39,495 nt of DNA from Candidatus Omnitrophota bacterium. GTDB taxonomy: Bacteria; Omnitrophota; Omnitrophia; Omnitrophales; JACQLI01. Each line of letters begins with the position of its first letter. Within the stretch, counting starts at the first letter, position 1. The position numbers and the translations under genes were made by a program. This document shows, in pieces, positions 24,849-32,888 of the stretch. The stretch covers positions 1-39,495 of the forward strand of contig JACQLI010000045.1 in assembly GCA_016204125.1 (NCBI GenBank), read 5' to 3'. The notes under the pieces were generated by a model that saw only the letters and a program-made list of their open reading frames with translations, had not been told where the DNA came from and searched no databases.

Positions 24849-25250
24849 ATGGCAGAAAATACAGCTCGAAAAGGGCCGCGTCCCCCTCTTATTGCAAGTA
24901 AACCTCCCAGAAAAAGAGATCCACGTCTTTTAGCCGTGATCGATCAACGTGGCTGCACGGGATGCGAGGCCTGTATTGTTTTTTGTCCTGTTGATTGTAT
25001 AGAAATCGTTCCTGGAGTAGAGCATGCTCAATATCAACAAGTGGTCGAAGTCGATATTGAGCGCTGCATCGGCTGCGCACTCTGCTCGAAGTACTGCCCC
25101 TGGGAAACGATTCCAATGTTTTCTTACGAAGAGGGGATCAAGCAGGCGCCACAACTTACAGTCAAGAGTGTTTGCAATCAGAAGACCGAAAGAGACGTAA
25201 TTGGCGAGGGACAAGGGTCAGGTGGCAAGGGTCAAGTGACGACCCTTTAA
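24849..25250 (+). CDS. 2x[4Fe-4S] ferredoxin-domain protein
   Basis: Two cluster motifs are present: CTGCEACIVFCP and CIGCALCSKYCP. The Gly/Gln-rich C-terminal tail (GEGQGSGGKGQVTTL) is encoded by an inverted-repeat element. Confidence 0.8.
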   Translation: MAENTARKGPRPPLIASKPPRKRDPRLLAVIDQRGCTGCEACIVFCPVDCIEIVPGVEHAQYQQVVEVDIERCIGCALCSKYCPWETIPMFSYEEGIKQAPQLTVKSVCNQKTERDVIGEGQGSGGKGQVTTL

Positions 25251-25274
25251 CCCTTGACCCTTGTTGCTTGACCC
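25212..25274. terminator. Compound inverted repeat (CAAGGGTCAAG / CTTGACCCTTG) between convergent genes
   Basis: An 11-bp perfect stem pairs 25226-25236 with 25253-25263 around a 16-nt loop. It is flanked by further GGGTCA(G/A)G / CTTGACCC copies at 25215-25222 and 25267-25274. Confidence 0.55.
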
Positions 25275-25276
25275 TA

Positions 25277-26095
25277 TTAGTTTCGGCCGTCAAGCCGAAG
25301 CCAGTTTTCTTCCGAGAAAACCCCCACTTTCTCAAGCTCCATCGGTTCAAGATCGATGATATCTTGAATCTCAAAAGGGAGCTTATCTTTTCCGTAGATC
25401 CCAAGGACCTCTCGTCCGTTTGCCACAAAGACATTCTGAAACCTTCTTCCATCTTTTAAGACGGCGGTTACAAGATGTCCCGTCTGGCCGCCTCTTTTAA
25501 GGGTAACGGGGATTTGTTTAAGCCTTTGGCTGAGCGATTCGTTAAGAAGCCTTTTCAGGGGATCAATATAAACAGTCTTGGGTCTAGGCTGGGGCGCTTC
25601 TTCTCTTTTGGCTCGAGCCTTTTCGTAGGCTCGGTCTACCTTCTGATACATGATGACAATCAGAGGCACAAGGGCGACCATCCATGTGCCAAAGACAGCA
25701 AAGATCCAATTGCGGGCAGAGGAAAGGTTGTGGATGTTTCCACCATTTCTCGCAAAAAACCATGTCCAGAAGCCTGTGGAGACGAAAAACGTGGCGATGG
25801 TTAGGGCAATCCAGCCGATCCACCAAGTGACATTCGTTTCATCCTCAGAGCTAAGTCTATTCCAGTAACGCTCCTTGGCTCGGATGATAGGAATCATCGT
25901 TACGAGCCAGCTTCCAAAGACTGCACCTACCCAAAGAATGGTCAAAGCAAAGCCTTGAATTTCACCAAAAACCAGGGTGACGAACCAGGTCCAGAAGATG
26001 GCGGAAAGGATAAATGAGCCGATCGTGACGGCAATCCAAAGAAGCCACCAGAAGAAACCACCTTTTTGTTTACGTTTAGCCGTTACATTATTCAT
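25277..26095 (-). CDS. Membrane protein with internal tandem duplication and C-terminal soluble domain
   Basis: The ATG at 26095 lies 1 nt after the kinase stop. Two homologous Trp-rich modules are WWLLWIAVTIGSF..FWTWF...AVFGSWLV and WWIGWIALTIATF..FWTWF...AVFGTWMV. I recognise no family. Confidence 0.5.
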   Translation of the reverse strand: MNNVTAKRKQKGGFFWWLLWIAVTIGSFILSAIFWTWFVTLVFGEIQGFALTILWVGAVFGSWLVTMIPIIRAKERYWNRLSSEDETNVTWWIGWIALTIATFFVSTGFWTWFFARNGGNIHNLSSARNWIFAVFGTWMVALVPLIVIMYQKVDRAYEKARAKREEAPQPRPKTVYIDPLKRLLNESLSQRLKQIPVTLKRGGQTGHLVTAVLKDGRRFQNVFVANGREVLGIYGKDKLPFEIQDIIDLEPMELEKVGVFSEENWLRLDGRN

Positions 26096-26096
26096 T

Positions 26097-28379
26097 TTAT
26101 TTTTTAGCAGGTTGGAATTTTTTGGGAAGAACAAAGGAAAAACAACTTCCTTTTCCCTCTTCGCTTTCAACCCAAATTCTGCCACCATGGAGTTCGACGA
26201 TTTCTTTAGCAATAGTAAGGCCAAGACCTGTACTGGAGACACCAGCGGGTTGCGTCAAACTGACCTGCTCAAATTTATCAAAGATTCTTTTTTGATCCTT
26301 CTCCGTGATTCCGATTCCCGTATCCTTAACACTGATTTCAATCGCATCTGGACCTAAAGCCTTGTTTTTAACCGACCGAACCTGGATCGTAATCGTTCCT
26401 CCCTCAGGGGTAAATTTGAGGGCGTTACCGAAGAGATTCGTGATGACTTGGGTCAATCGATCGGGATCTGCCTCCATGGTAAGGGCCTCATCCTCAATGC
26501 CTTCCTTGATTTCTACCTTTTTATCTTGGGCCCACGTTTTAAAGGTTTCCTTGATGTGATGAACGAGTGGAGCAAGTTGGAAATTCGACGGCCGAAGCTC
26601 GAGCTTTCCAGCCTCCACCCTTGAAAGATCAAGCAGGTCGTTGATAAGGTGACTTAATCGCTCAATATTCCTCGAAGCGATAGAAAGATATTCCTTTTGC
26701 TCGGTCTTGACTTCACCCGCTTCACCTCCCAGGAGAAGATTCAGTGACTTCTGGATCGCAATCAGGGGAGACCTCAGTTCATGGGAAACACTCGAAACAA
26801 ATTTTTCCTTGAGTGCATCCAACTCCTTTTGTTTGGTTATATCGCTCAAGACCGAAACCATACCTACTGTCCCACCATCTTCATTTTCAATAACCGCTGA
26901 ACTCGCTTGAAGGATTCGTTTGGTATCTTCTCTGGGACTACGAACCTCAATTTCTTTGGCCACCTTACCCCCTTGGTCTCGAAGAGCGCCTTTGGTTATA
27001 GCAAGGAGATGTTCCTCCTTGATGTTATTAAGAAGTTCTGTCCCTACGGCTTTATTATGCTCTTCAATACCGAGCAGTTTCTCGGCCGCGGGGTTCATGA
27101 GAAGGACCTTTCCTGCGTTGTCGACTACCACAAGACCTTCCGCAAGATTTCGAATGACTGTATCCACACGCTCCTTCTCGGCTAAAATTCGATTTTTTTC
27201 GGTTTCAACAAGACGGTGCTTTTTTTCAAATTCTTCAAACTGTTTTGCCTTCTCTCGAAGTTCCTTAAGTTCACTCTCTTCGATAAGAGTTTTTCCCTTC
27301 TGAGGTTTGGGTTCAACTTCTCGCTTCTTTGTTTTGGAAGGAATTTCTTCTTCAAGAGTTTCAAAGAGAGATTCGAAGGTTTCTCCTGAAAGGCCTTTGG
27401 CAAGGAGTTTTTCCTTAAGTGGACTTTTAATCCGCACTCTCACTTTTTCATCTTTAAGAAACTTCTTGGCCCATTGTTGAAGTGGTTTTGGGTCTTCTGG
27501 AGATCCTTCATGTGCTTTGACGAGGATTTGAATTCTGGCTTGGTCCGCACATTTTTCAAGAAATTCCGTGAAATGCGCACCGACGGATTTAAAACCTTCG
27601 GGTATGCCTGGTTGGGCAAGAGTTTTTTGATACTCAGAGGCCATTTTTTCGGCGACCTTCGGGAAATCCTTGCCCGATTCTACAAACTGAGGAATCATCT
27701 GAGTGGTGAAGAAACCTTCAAGGCGTTGTTGGATTCCTTTAAGTTCTTCAGGCGTTTGGGCACTTCTTAAGATCAACTTGGTAACAAAAGAGACGTCTTT
27801 TGCAATTTCTTCGGCTAGTTTTTCTCGGTCAAGATCAAGGCTATCAGACGGTGCCTCTTTCGAAATTTCTATGAGTTCTTTGACCGAAGTAACTTTAATC
27901 CTTTTTTTTGCTCGATCCGAGGTGACTGTTTCATTCTCTTTTAAGATGGCATATCGACCCGAAATCACCTTAACATTCTTAAGCCCCGCCTCTTCGAAGA
28001 TCTTGCGGAACCCGCCTTTTGATTCAAGCTCTTTAGGTCGAATGGCCAGAAGGGAAAGAAAGGTTTGAAGTTCTGCTATATTGACCTCTTTTTTAAGTTC
28101 GAAGGCATCGATTCCAAGCGCCTGACATTTTTCAATAACGTCTGGAGCCTTCACGTCCTTCTCCGCGAAAGCGATTTCGTCGATAATGAATCTTCCCGGC
28201 GCGAACCCCACAGTAATTGAAGATTGAGTTAGAAAAAGCTTCTTCGTTTCCTCCATAAGTGAGTGGAGAGACTGGAGTAGAATGGGATGATTCTCTGAAT
28301 AGAGTCTCATTTGGCTGAGGGCAGTGGCGAACTGCCTCAGCCATTCGCTATAAAGCCTGCTTTCTTCACGTTCTACCAT
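26097..28379 (-). CDS. Soluble sensor histidine kinase (unknown N-terminal domain, coiled coil, PAS, HisKA, HATPase_c)
   Basis: The H-box is SHELRSPL, the N-box NLFGNALKF, the G1 box KDTGIGI and the G2 box GLGLTIAKE. A PAS-like region runs VIRNLAEGLVVVD...VLSDIT. There is no TM segment. Confidence 0.9.
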   Translation of the reverse strand: MVEREESRLYSEWLRQFATALSQMRLYSENHPILLQSLHSLMEETKKLFLTQSSITVGFAPGRFIIDEIAFAEKDVKAPDVIEKCQALGIDAFELKKEVNIAELQTFLSLLAIRPKELESKGGFRKIFEEAGLKNVKVISGRYAILKENETVTSDRAKKRIKVTSVKELIEISKEAPSDSLDLDREKLAEEIAKDVSFVTKLILRSAQTPEELKGIQQRLEGFFTTQMIPQFVESGKDFPKVAEKMASEYQKTLAQPGIPEGFKSVGAHFTEFLEKCADQARIQILVKAHEGSPEDPKPLQQWAKKFLKDEKVRVRIKSPLKEKLLAKGLSGETFESLFETLEEEIPSKTKKREVEPKPQKGKTLIEESELKELREKAKQFEEFEKKHRLVETEKNRILAEKERVDTVIRNLAEGLVVVDNAGKVLLMNPAAEKLLGIEEHNKAVGTELLNNIKEEHLLAITKGALRDQGGKVAKEIEVRSPREDTKRILQASSAVIENEDGGTVGMVSVLSDITKQKELDALKEKFVSSVSHELRSPLIAIQKSLNLLLGGEAGEVKTEQKEYLSIASRNIERLSHLINDLLDLSRVEAGKLELRPSNFQLAPLVHHIKETFKTWAQDKKVEIKEGIEDEALTMEADPDRLTQVITNLFGNALKFTPEGGTITIQVRSVKNKALGPDAIEISVKDTGIGITEKDQKRIFDKFEQVSLTQPAGVSSTGLGLTIAKEIVELHGGRIWVESEEGKGSCFSFVLPKKFQPAKK

Positions 28380-28389
28380 TAACTCTTTT

Positions 28390-28773
28390 TCAGCCTGCGG
28401 GATTGGTGTCTGGAGGAAGATAACGTTTGATGGCTTGGAGAAGACTGTCTGTCTGAGTAGATTTGATGAAGTATTCTTTCACTCCTTCGATTTCAAACAT
28501 GTCTCTCATAGAGTCATAGCCTGTAAGAGCAATTAAGGGGATGGAGGACCGTTCTGCGTTCTTTCTTAAGTTTCGGACAAAAGTATACCCCTCCATTTTA
28601 GGCATCTTGATATCAAAGATGACAAGATCAGGGTTTTCGGAGCCTATTTTTTCAAGCCCTTCTTCGCCGTCACCCGCTGTAACAACCTCGTAGCCTTGTT
28701 TCTTCAGATCAAAGGCAAGAAGTTTTACGAAATCAGGTTCGTCGTCGACAACCAAGATTTTTCGCTTAGCCAT
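28390..28773 (-). CDS. Single-domain CheY-like response regulator
   Basis: The acidic pocket VVDDE, the phospho-acceptor IFDIKMP, ALTG and a conserved Lys are present. There is no output domain. Confidence 0.9.
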   Translation of the reverse strand: MAKRKILVVDDEPDFVKLLAFDLKKQGYEVVTAGDGEEGLEKIGSENPDLVIFDIKMPKMEGYTFVRNLRKNAERSSIPLIALTGYDSMRDMFEIEGVKEYFIKSTQTDSLLQAIKRYLPPDTNPAG

Positions 28774-28882
28774 GTTTTTCTAAGTTTCCCTATGATATAA
28801 CATCACATTCTTGAAAGGTATTGAAATTCCATTGTGTGTCTCACCCCAGGATGCTATTCTATCCCACCCAAGAACCGTATCT

Positions 28883-29104
28883 ATGGAACCAGAGACAAGT
28901 TACAAAAAAAGAGATTATCGATTCTTTCTTTTTCTAGCCGTAGCCTTCATAGGGTTTATCGGAGGTCTTGTTAATTTCCTTCATTTGTTTGAGCGTTGGT
29001 ATATGTGGCCTGTTGTTCGGCTAATGGGGTACAGTTCACTTCTGGTCTATGCCCTTTTCATGCTTAGACGAGCACGATATAATACTCGCAATCCATTGAC
29101 CTAA
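28883..29104 (+). CDS. Hypothetical small two-TM membrane protein
   Basis: The ATG at 28883 gives a 73-aa protein with two hydrophobic helices. It has no recognisable family and a weak translation-initiation context. Confidence 0.3.
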   Translation: MEPETSYKKRDYRFFLFLAVAFIGFIGGLVNFLHLFERWYMWPVVRLMGYSSLLVYALFMLRRARYNTRNPLT

Positions 29105-29119
29105 CAGAGGAGAAATCTG

Positions 29120-30628
29120 ATGCAAATCGACCTTATTTCCATATCTCGAAGGCGTAAACCAGCCGACCTCTTTTTTATTGGACTTTTCGAAGGCGAAAAA
29201 TCTTCAAAACTCCTCACTGGGCTAGAACCAAATTTTGCTAACTCAGCTGAAATAGCTATCAAAAATAAGCGCTTTAGTGGAAAGAAAGGAGAAAGCCTTG
29301 GTTCTTTTAATCCAGAGTATCGTGAGGCCTCCGAGATTCTTTTAGTTGGTCTTGGATCGCGTGCCAAATTTGACTCTGCGGCGCTGAGGGATGTGATCGG
29401 AAAACTGATTCAGGTGGCCGCTTCAAAAAAGGGTAAAAGGGTTCGGATTCTACTCGATAGTTTTACGGGAGGGAAAATCCAAGCCGCCCAGGGAGCTGAG
29501 ACGATTGCTGAAATGACAAGCTTAGCCAGTTATTCCTTTGATAAATACAAAACGAAAAAGAAAGAGGAGAACGACAACGCCAAAGGTCCTGAGGTCTTAG
29601 AGATTCTCTTTACGCGAAGCGGTGATGAAAAAAATATTCAGAAAAATATCGATTTCGCACAAATCGTTGCCTCGGGAACTTTAACCGCACGCAACTTAAT
29701 CAATGAACCTGGCAATGTGATTAACCCTGCGAAATTAGCTGAAGAGGCGAGACGGATTGGCAGGGGAAAGGGGGTTCGCTGCACTATCCTTGGTCCTGCT
29801 GATTTAAAACGGCTTAAAATGGGTGGAATTCTTGGAGTAAACCAAGGCTCCAAGACTCCTCCCGCACTGATTATTTTGGAATACGGCGCCTCTCACAAAA
29901 AGGGGGGCACGGTTTGTCTCGTTGGCAAGGGTGTGACTTTTGATAGTGGCGGAATTTCTATCAAGCCCGCCAACGATATGGAAAAAATGAAATATGATAA
30001 GGCGGGTGCTTGTACGGTCATTGCAACGATTGGTGCGGTCGCGGATCTGAAACTTCCTGTGCATGTGATCGCCCTTGCGCCAGCGGTAGAGAACCTTCCT
30101 AGCGAAAACCCTCAACGGCCGGGTGATATCATACGGATGTATTCAGGTAAAACAGTTGAGGTCATCAACACGGACGCAGAGGGACGGCTTATTTTAGCGG
30201 ACGCGCTGGCTTACACAGCCAAATACAAACCGAAAGCCATTATCGACCTCGCCACACTCACAGGAATGTGTGCGTACACATTCGGCGATAAGGCATGTGG
30301 AATCATGGGAAACGACCGCTCCCTCGTAGAGAAGGTGAAAAAAGCGGGCGAGCAAACGGGCGAGCGTTGCTGGGAACTCCCTATGTGGGATGAGTATCTC
30401 GAAACAATGAAAGGTCATCATTCCGATCTTCTCAATGCGGGCGGAAAACATGGGGGGACTATTACAGCGGCTAAGTTCTTGGAAGAATTTGTTCCCAAGA
30501 AAACAGCTTGGGTTCATTTGGATATCGCAGGTACTGCTTGGTGTGACACGCCGCGTTCTGACTGTCCTAAGGGAGCCACGGGATTCGGGGTTCGGCTTCT
30601 TATCAATTTTCTCCAGAACTGGCGATAA
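29120..30628 (+). CDS. pepA: Leucyl aminopeptidase (M17 family)
   Basis: GAGGAG RBS. The M17 signature NTDAEGRLILADAL is present, along with VGKGVTFDSGG, the metal-ligand context and HLDIAG. Confidence 0.9.
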   Translation: MQIDLISISRRRKPADLFFIGLFEGEKSSKLLTGLEPNFANSAEIAIKNKRFSGKKGESLGSFNPEYREASEILLVGLGSRAKFDSAALRDVIGKLIQVAASKKGKRVRILLDSFTGGKIQAAQGAETIAEMTSLASYSFDKYKTKKKEENDNAKGPEVLEILFTRSGDEKNIQKNIDFAQIVASGTLTARNLINEPGNVINPAKLAEEARRIGRGKGVRCTILGPADLKRLKMGGILGVNQGSKTPPALIILEYGASHKKGGTVCLVGKGVTFDSGGISIKPANDMEKMKYDKAGACTVIATIGAVADLKLPVHVIALAPAVENLPSENPQRPGDIIRMYSGKTVEVINTDAEGRLILADALAYTAKYKPKAIIDLATLTGMCAYTFGDKACGIMGNDRSLVEKVKKAGEQTGERCWELPMWDEYLETMKGHHSDLLNAGGKHGGTITAAKFLEEFVPKKTAWVHLDIAGTAWCDTPRSDCPKGATGFGVRLLINFLQNWR

Positions 30629-30853
30629 GAAGCATTTCGAGGCCCACGAAGTCTTAGAAGGCCTTTGGCGTGAGAGAGCTTTTTCGGACTGCGTCGGCCT
30701 ATCTTAAACCTTATCCGACCCCTTACTTGGGCCTTGATCTCTCAAAAGCGCTTGGCGATTTCAGAGAATTCTTAGAAGTTTGGTCGAGAAATCCAAACGA
30801 GCCCCAACTTGCAAAGAAGTGCCTTCCCCGTTTATTATTAAAGAAAGGAAGCT

Positions 30854-31906
30854 ATGAATAACTTTAGGGAAGTCATTCAAAAAGTTTCGCGAGGCGAGAA
30901 GCTCTCAAAAGATCTCACGCGCGAAGAAGCGCGCCAGGCCCTCGAATGGATTTTTGAGGGTCAAGCGAGTCAATTTCAGATAGGAGCCCTTTTTGCAGCC
31001 TTACGGATGAAAGGAGAATCGGCTGAAGAAACCGCTGGTTTTGTTGAGGTTGTGAGAAAAAGGGCGAAACAGCTCCACTCAAAACTTGGAGACTCCCTTG
31101 ATATAGGTGACCCTTATGACGGGAAAGTAAGGAGCCTCCATCTTACAGTTCCTGTCGCTTTGATTTTGGCGGCAGCGGGGGTGCCCGTGATCCTTCACAG
31201 CACGCCAGAGACCCCTGTTAAAAAAGGAGTGGAGACACAAAGGGTTCTTGAGGCACTCGGAATTCAAGTTGTGGAGGATACCGACAGGCTTACGGAAATC
31301 TTGGAAGAAGAGAAAATCGTCTTTCTACCGACAGAAAAACTGGTTCCTGATTTTGCCAGACTCCGTCCTTTCCGGGAAGAGTTCGGTCTCAGGCCTTTCA
31401 CGAACCACATCGAAAAAATCTTTAATCTCGCTCATGCAGAGACTCAAATGGTTGGAATTTACCACAAGCCATACCTCGAGCCGATGGGGGAAGCGCTTTC
31501 TCTTCTGGGTACGCACAGAATTTTCGTCATCCAAGGAGTAGAAGGTTTTACCGAGCTTTTTCTTTCAAGAAAAACCTTAGTGTTTCAGATTGAACAAGAG
31601 GAGAGAAAATCCTATTTTCTCGAACCCGCCCAATATGGGTTTCACGGAGAAGAAGAATCCATGCAGGGGAAGGGGATATTGGAGCATGCAAAAAGGATTC
31701 ATGAGCTCCTCAAAAGGTCTACGGGGCCAGGCCGTGACTTGATTCTTTGGAACGCTGGCGTGAAGCTATTCTGGATGAAGAAGGCATCAAGTATCGAAGA
31801 AGGAATCGAGTGGGCCAAAGAGATTCTTGATTCTGAGAAGGCCTATCATAAGTTGGAGGCATTTCGGAATGCCACGCAAGAAAAAGCCAGTTCCAAAAAA
31901 ATTTAG
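30854..31906 (+). CDS. TrpD2/YbiB-like glycosyl transferase family 3 protein (anthranilate phosphoribosyltransferase paralog)
   Basis: The N-terminal segment VSRGEKLSKDLTREEA....I..G.....QIGALFAALRMKGES.EE..GF resembles YbiB/TrpD. The canonical TrpD GTGGD motif is replaced by DIGDPYDGKVRS, as in YbiB (PSYNGARKQ). Confidence 0.65.
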   Translation: MNNFREVIQKVSRGEKLSKDLTREEARQALEWIFEGQASQFQIGALFAALRMKGESAEETAGFVEVVRKRAKQLHSKLGDSLDIGDPYDGKVRSLHLTVPVALILAAAGVPVILHSTPETPVKKGVETQRVLEALGIQVVEDTDRLTEILEEEKIVFLPTEKLVPDFARLRPFREEFGLRPFTNHIEKIFNLAHAETQMVGIYHKPYLEPMGEALSLLGTHRIFVIQGVEGFTELFLSRKTLVFQIEQEERKSYFLEPAQYGFHGEEESMQGKGILEHAKRIHELLKRSTGPGRDLILWNAGVKLFWMKKASSIEEGIEWAKEILDSEKAYHKLEAFRNATQEKASSKKI

Positions 31907-32525
31907 ATTTCCGAAGAGAGTTGCTGTTTTCCCTCTTCCTAATTTGACTCTCTTTCCAGAAGTGGAGGTCCCTCTTTATATTTTTGAACCTCGTTACCGT
32001 CAGATGTTAGCCGATTCACTCGCGGGAAATAAATTTATCGCCATCTCGCTCCTCCGTAAAGGTTGGGAAGGCGAAGAGGAGCCGTACCCTTCTCATGAGA
32101 TTGTAGGTGTAGGCTATATCAAAGCAGCACGGGAGAATTCAGACGGGACTTCTCACATCATCTTGAAGGGGGTGGCACGCGCACGCATCTTGCGCTACAC
32201 ACAAATGGAGCCCTATCGGATCGCCGAAATTCGTCGGGTGCCAGATCGAATCAAAAATTCTGATGAGCTTCAAAATCTAAACCGTGTGTTACAGGGGCTT
32301 TTTATTCAGAAGCTTCGATTTGTCAGCGAAAAACCTGGTGAAAATTTAAGTTTGCCAAAGGAATTAGAAGACCCCGTTATCCTTTCTCATTTCGTGAGCT
32401 TTATCATCAATGCGGGCCCTTATCTGAAGCAAAGCATCCTTGAGACAACCAATGTGAATTGTAGAGTTCAACATCTCATCTCGATTCTCAAAGAAGAAAT
32501 CAGTCCTCCAGGAAGTCAGAATTAA
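31869..32525 (+). CDS. LON substrate-binding (Lon N-terminal, PUA-like) domain protein
   Basis: The segment VFPLPNLTLFPEVEVPLYIFEPRYRQM is the classic LON_substr_bdg start. There is no AAA or protease domain. The ATG at 31869 overlaps the upstream gene by 38 nt. Confidence 0.75.
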   Translation: MPRKKKPVPKKFRFPKRVAVFPLPNLTLFPEVEVPLYIFEPRYRQMLADSLAGNKFIAISLLRKGWEGEEEPYPSHEIVGVGYIKAARENSDGTSHIILKGVARARILRYTQMEPYRIAEIRRVPDRIKNSDELQNLNRVLQGLFIQKLRFVSEKPGENLSLPKELEDPVILSHFVSFIINAGPYLKQSILETTNVNCRVQHLISILKEEISPPGSQN

Positions 32526-32592
32526 TTTTTCTCTTGCCTTTTCTCTTTCTAGAGTTAAAATCCCTCTGTCTTGTAACGATCTTTTCAAACTC

Positions 32593-32789
32593 GAACAGGC
32601 ACCCGAAAGGGTTTAATAGGGAAGTGAGTTTATACTCCACGGTCCCGCCGCTGTCGGCAAGATTAGAAACGAAAAGCCACTACTTGCCCCCCTCCATTCC
32701 TCCCCCCGCATTGCGGGGGAGGTTAGGTGGGGGGTAATGGGAAGGTAATCGCGTAAGACCTTCTTGCCAGTCAGAAGACCTGCCTGTTC
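32593..32789 (+). promoter_or_regulatory. Cobalamin (B12) riboswitch aptamer
   Basis: P1 pairs GAACAGGC (32593-32600) with GCCTGTTC (32782-32789). Core elements are AATAGGGAA...ACTCCACGGTCCCGCCGCTGT, GCCACT...GGGAAGG and the B12 box GCCAGTCAGAAGACCTGCC. It lies upstream of a BtuB-like receptor gene. Confidence 0.85.
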
Positions 32790-32834
32790 CAAACCATCCG
32801 CCACTAAGGCGTTGGTGGATGCGCCACTAAAACT

Positions 32835-32857
32835 TCGGCGCATTCGCCGACTTTTTG
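32835..32857 (+). terminator. Riboswitch expression-platform terminator
   Basis: The stem is TCGGCG-catt-CGCCGA, followed by CTTTTTG. It lies 32 nt before the receptor ATG. Confidence 0.55.
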
Positions 32858-32888
32858 ATGGCGAACTTCTCCGAGAGAGGGAAGAAAC

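Noticed and set aside
25277-26242. 49-codon N-terminal extension of the membrane-protein ORF (start at 26242)
   Set aside because: The extension overlaps the 3' end of the histidine kinase gene by 146 nt. The ATG at 26095, 1 nt after the kinase stop, precedes the first TM module.
30670-30861. 63-aa GTG-initiated ORF in the pepA-TrpD2 spacer
   Set aside because: It has no SD, no recognisable motif, no TM segment and no signal peptide, and it overlaps the next gene start. I kept it only as a low-interest note in the findings, not as a feature.
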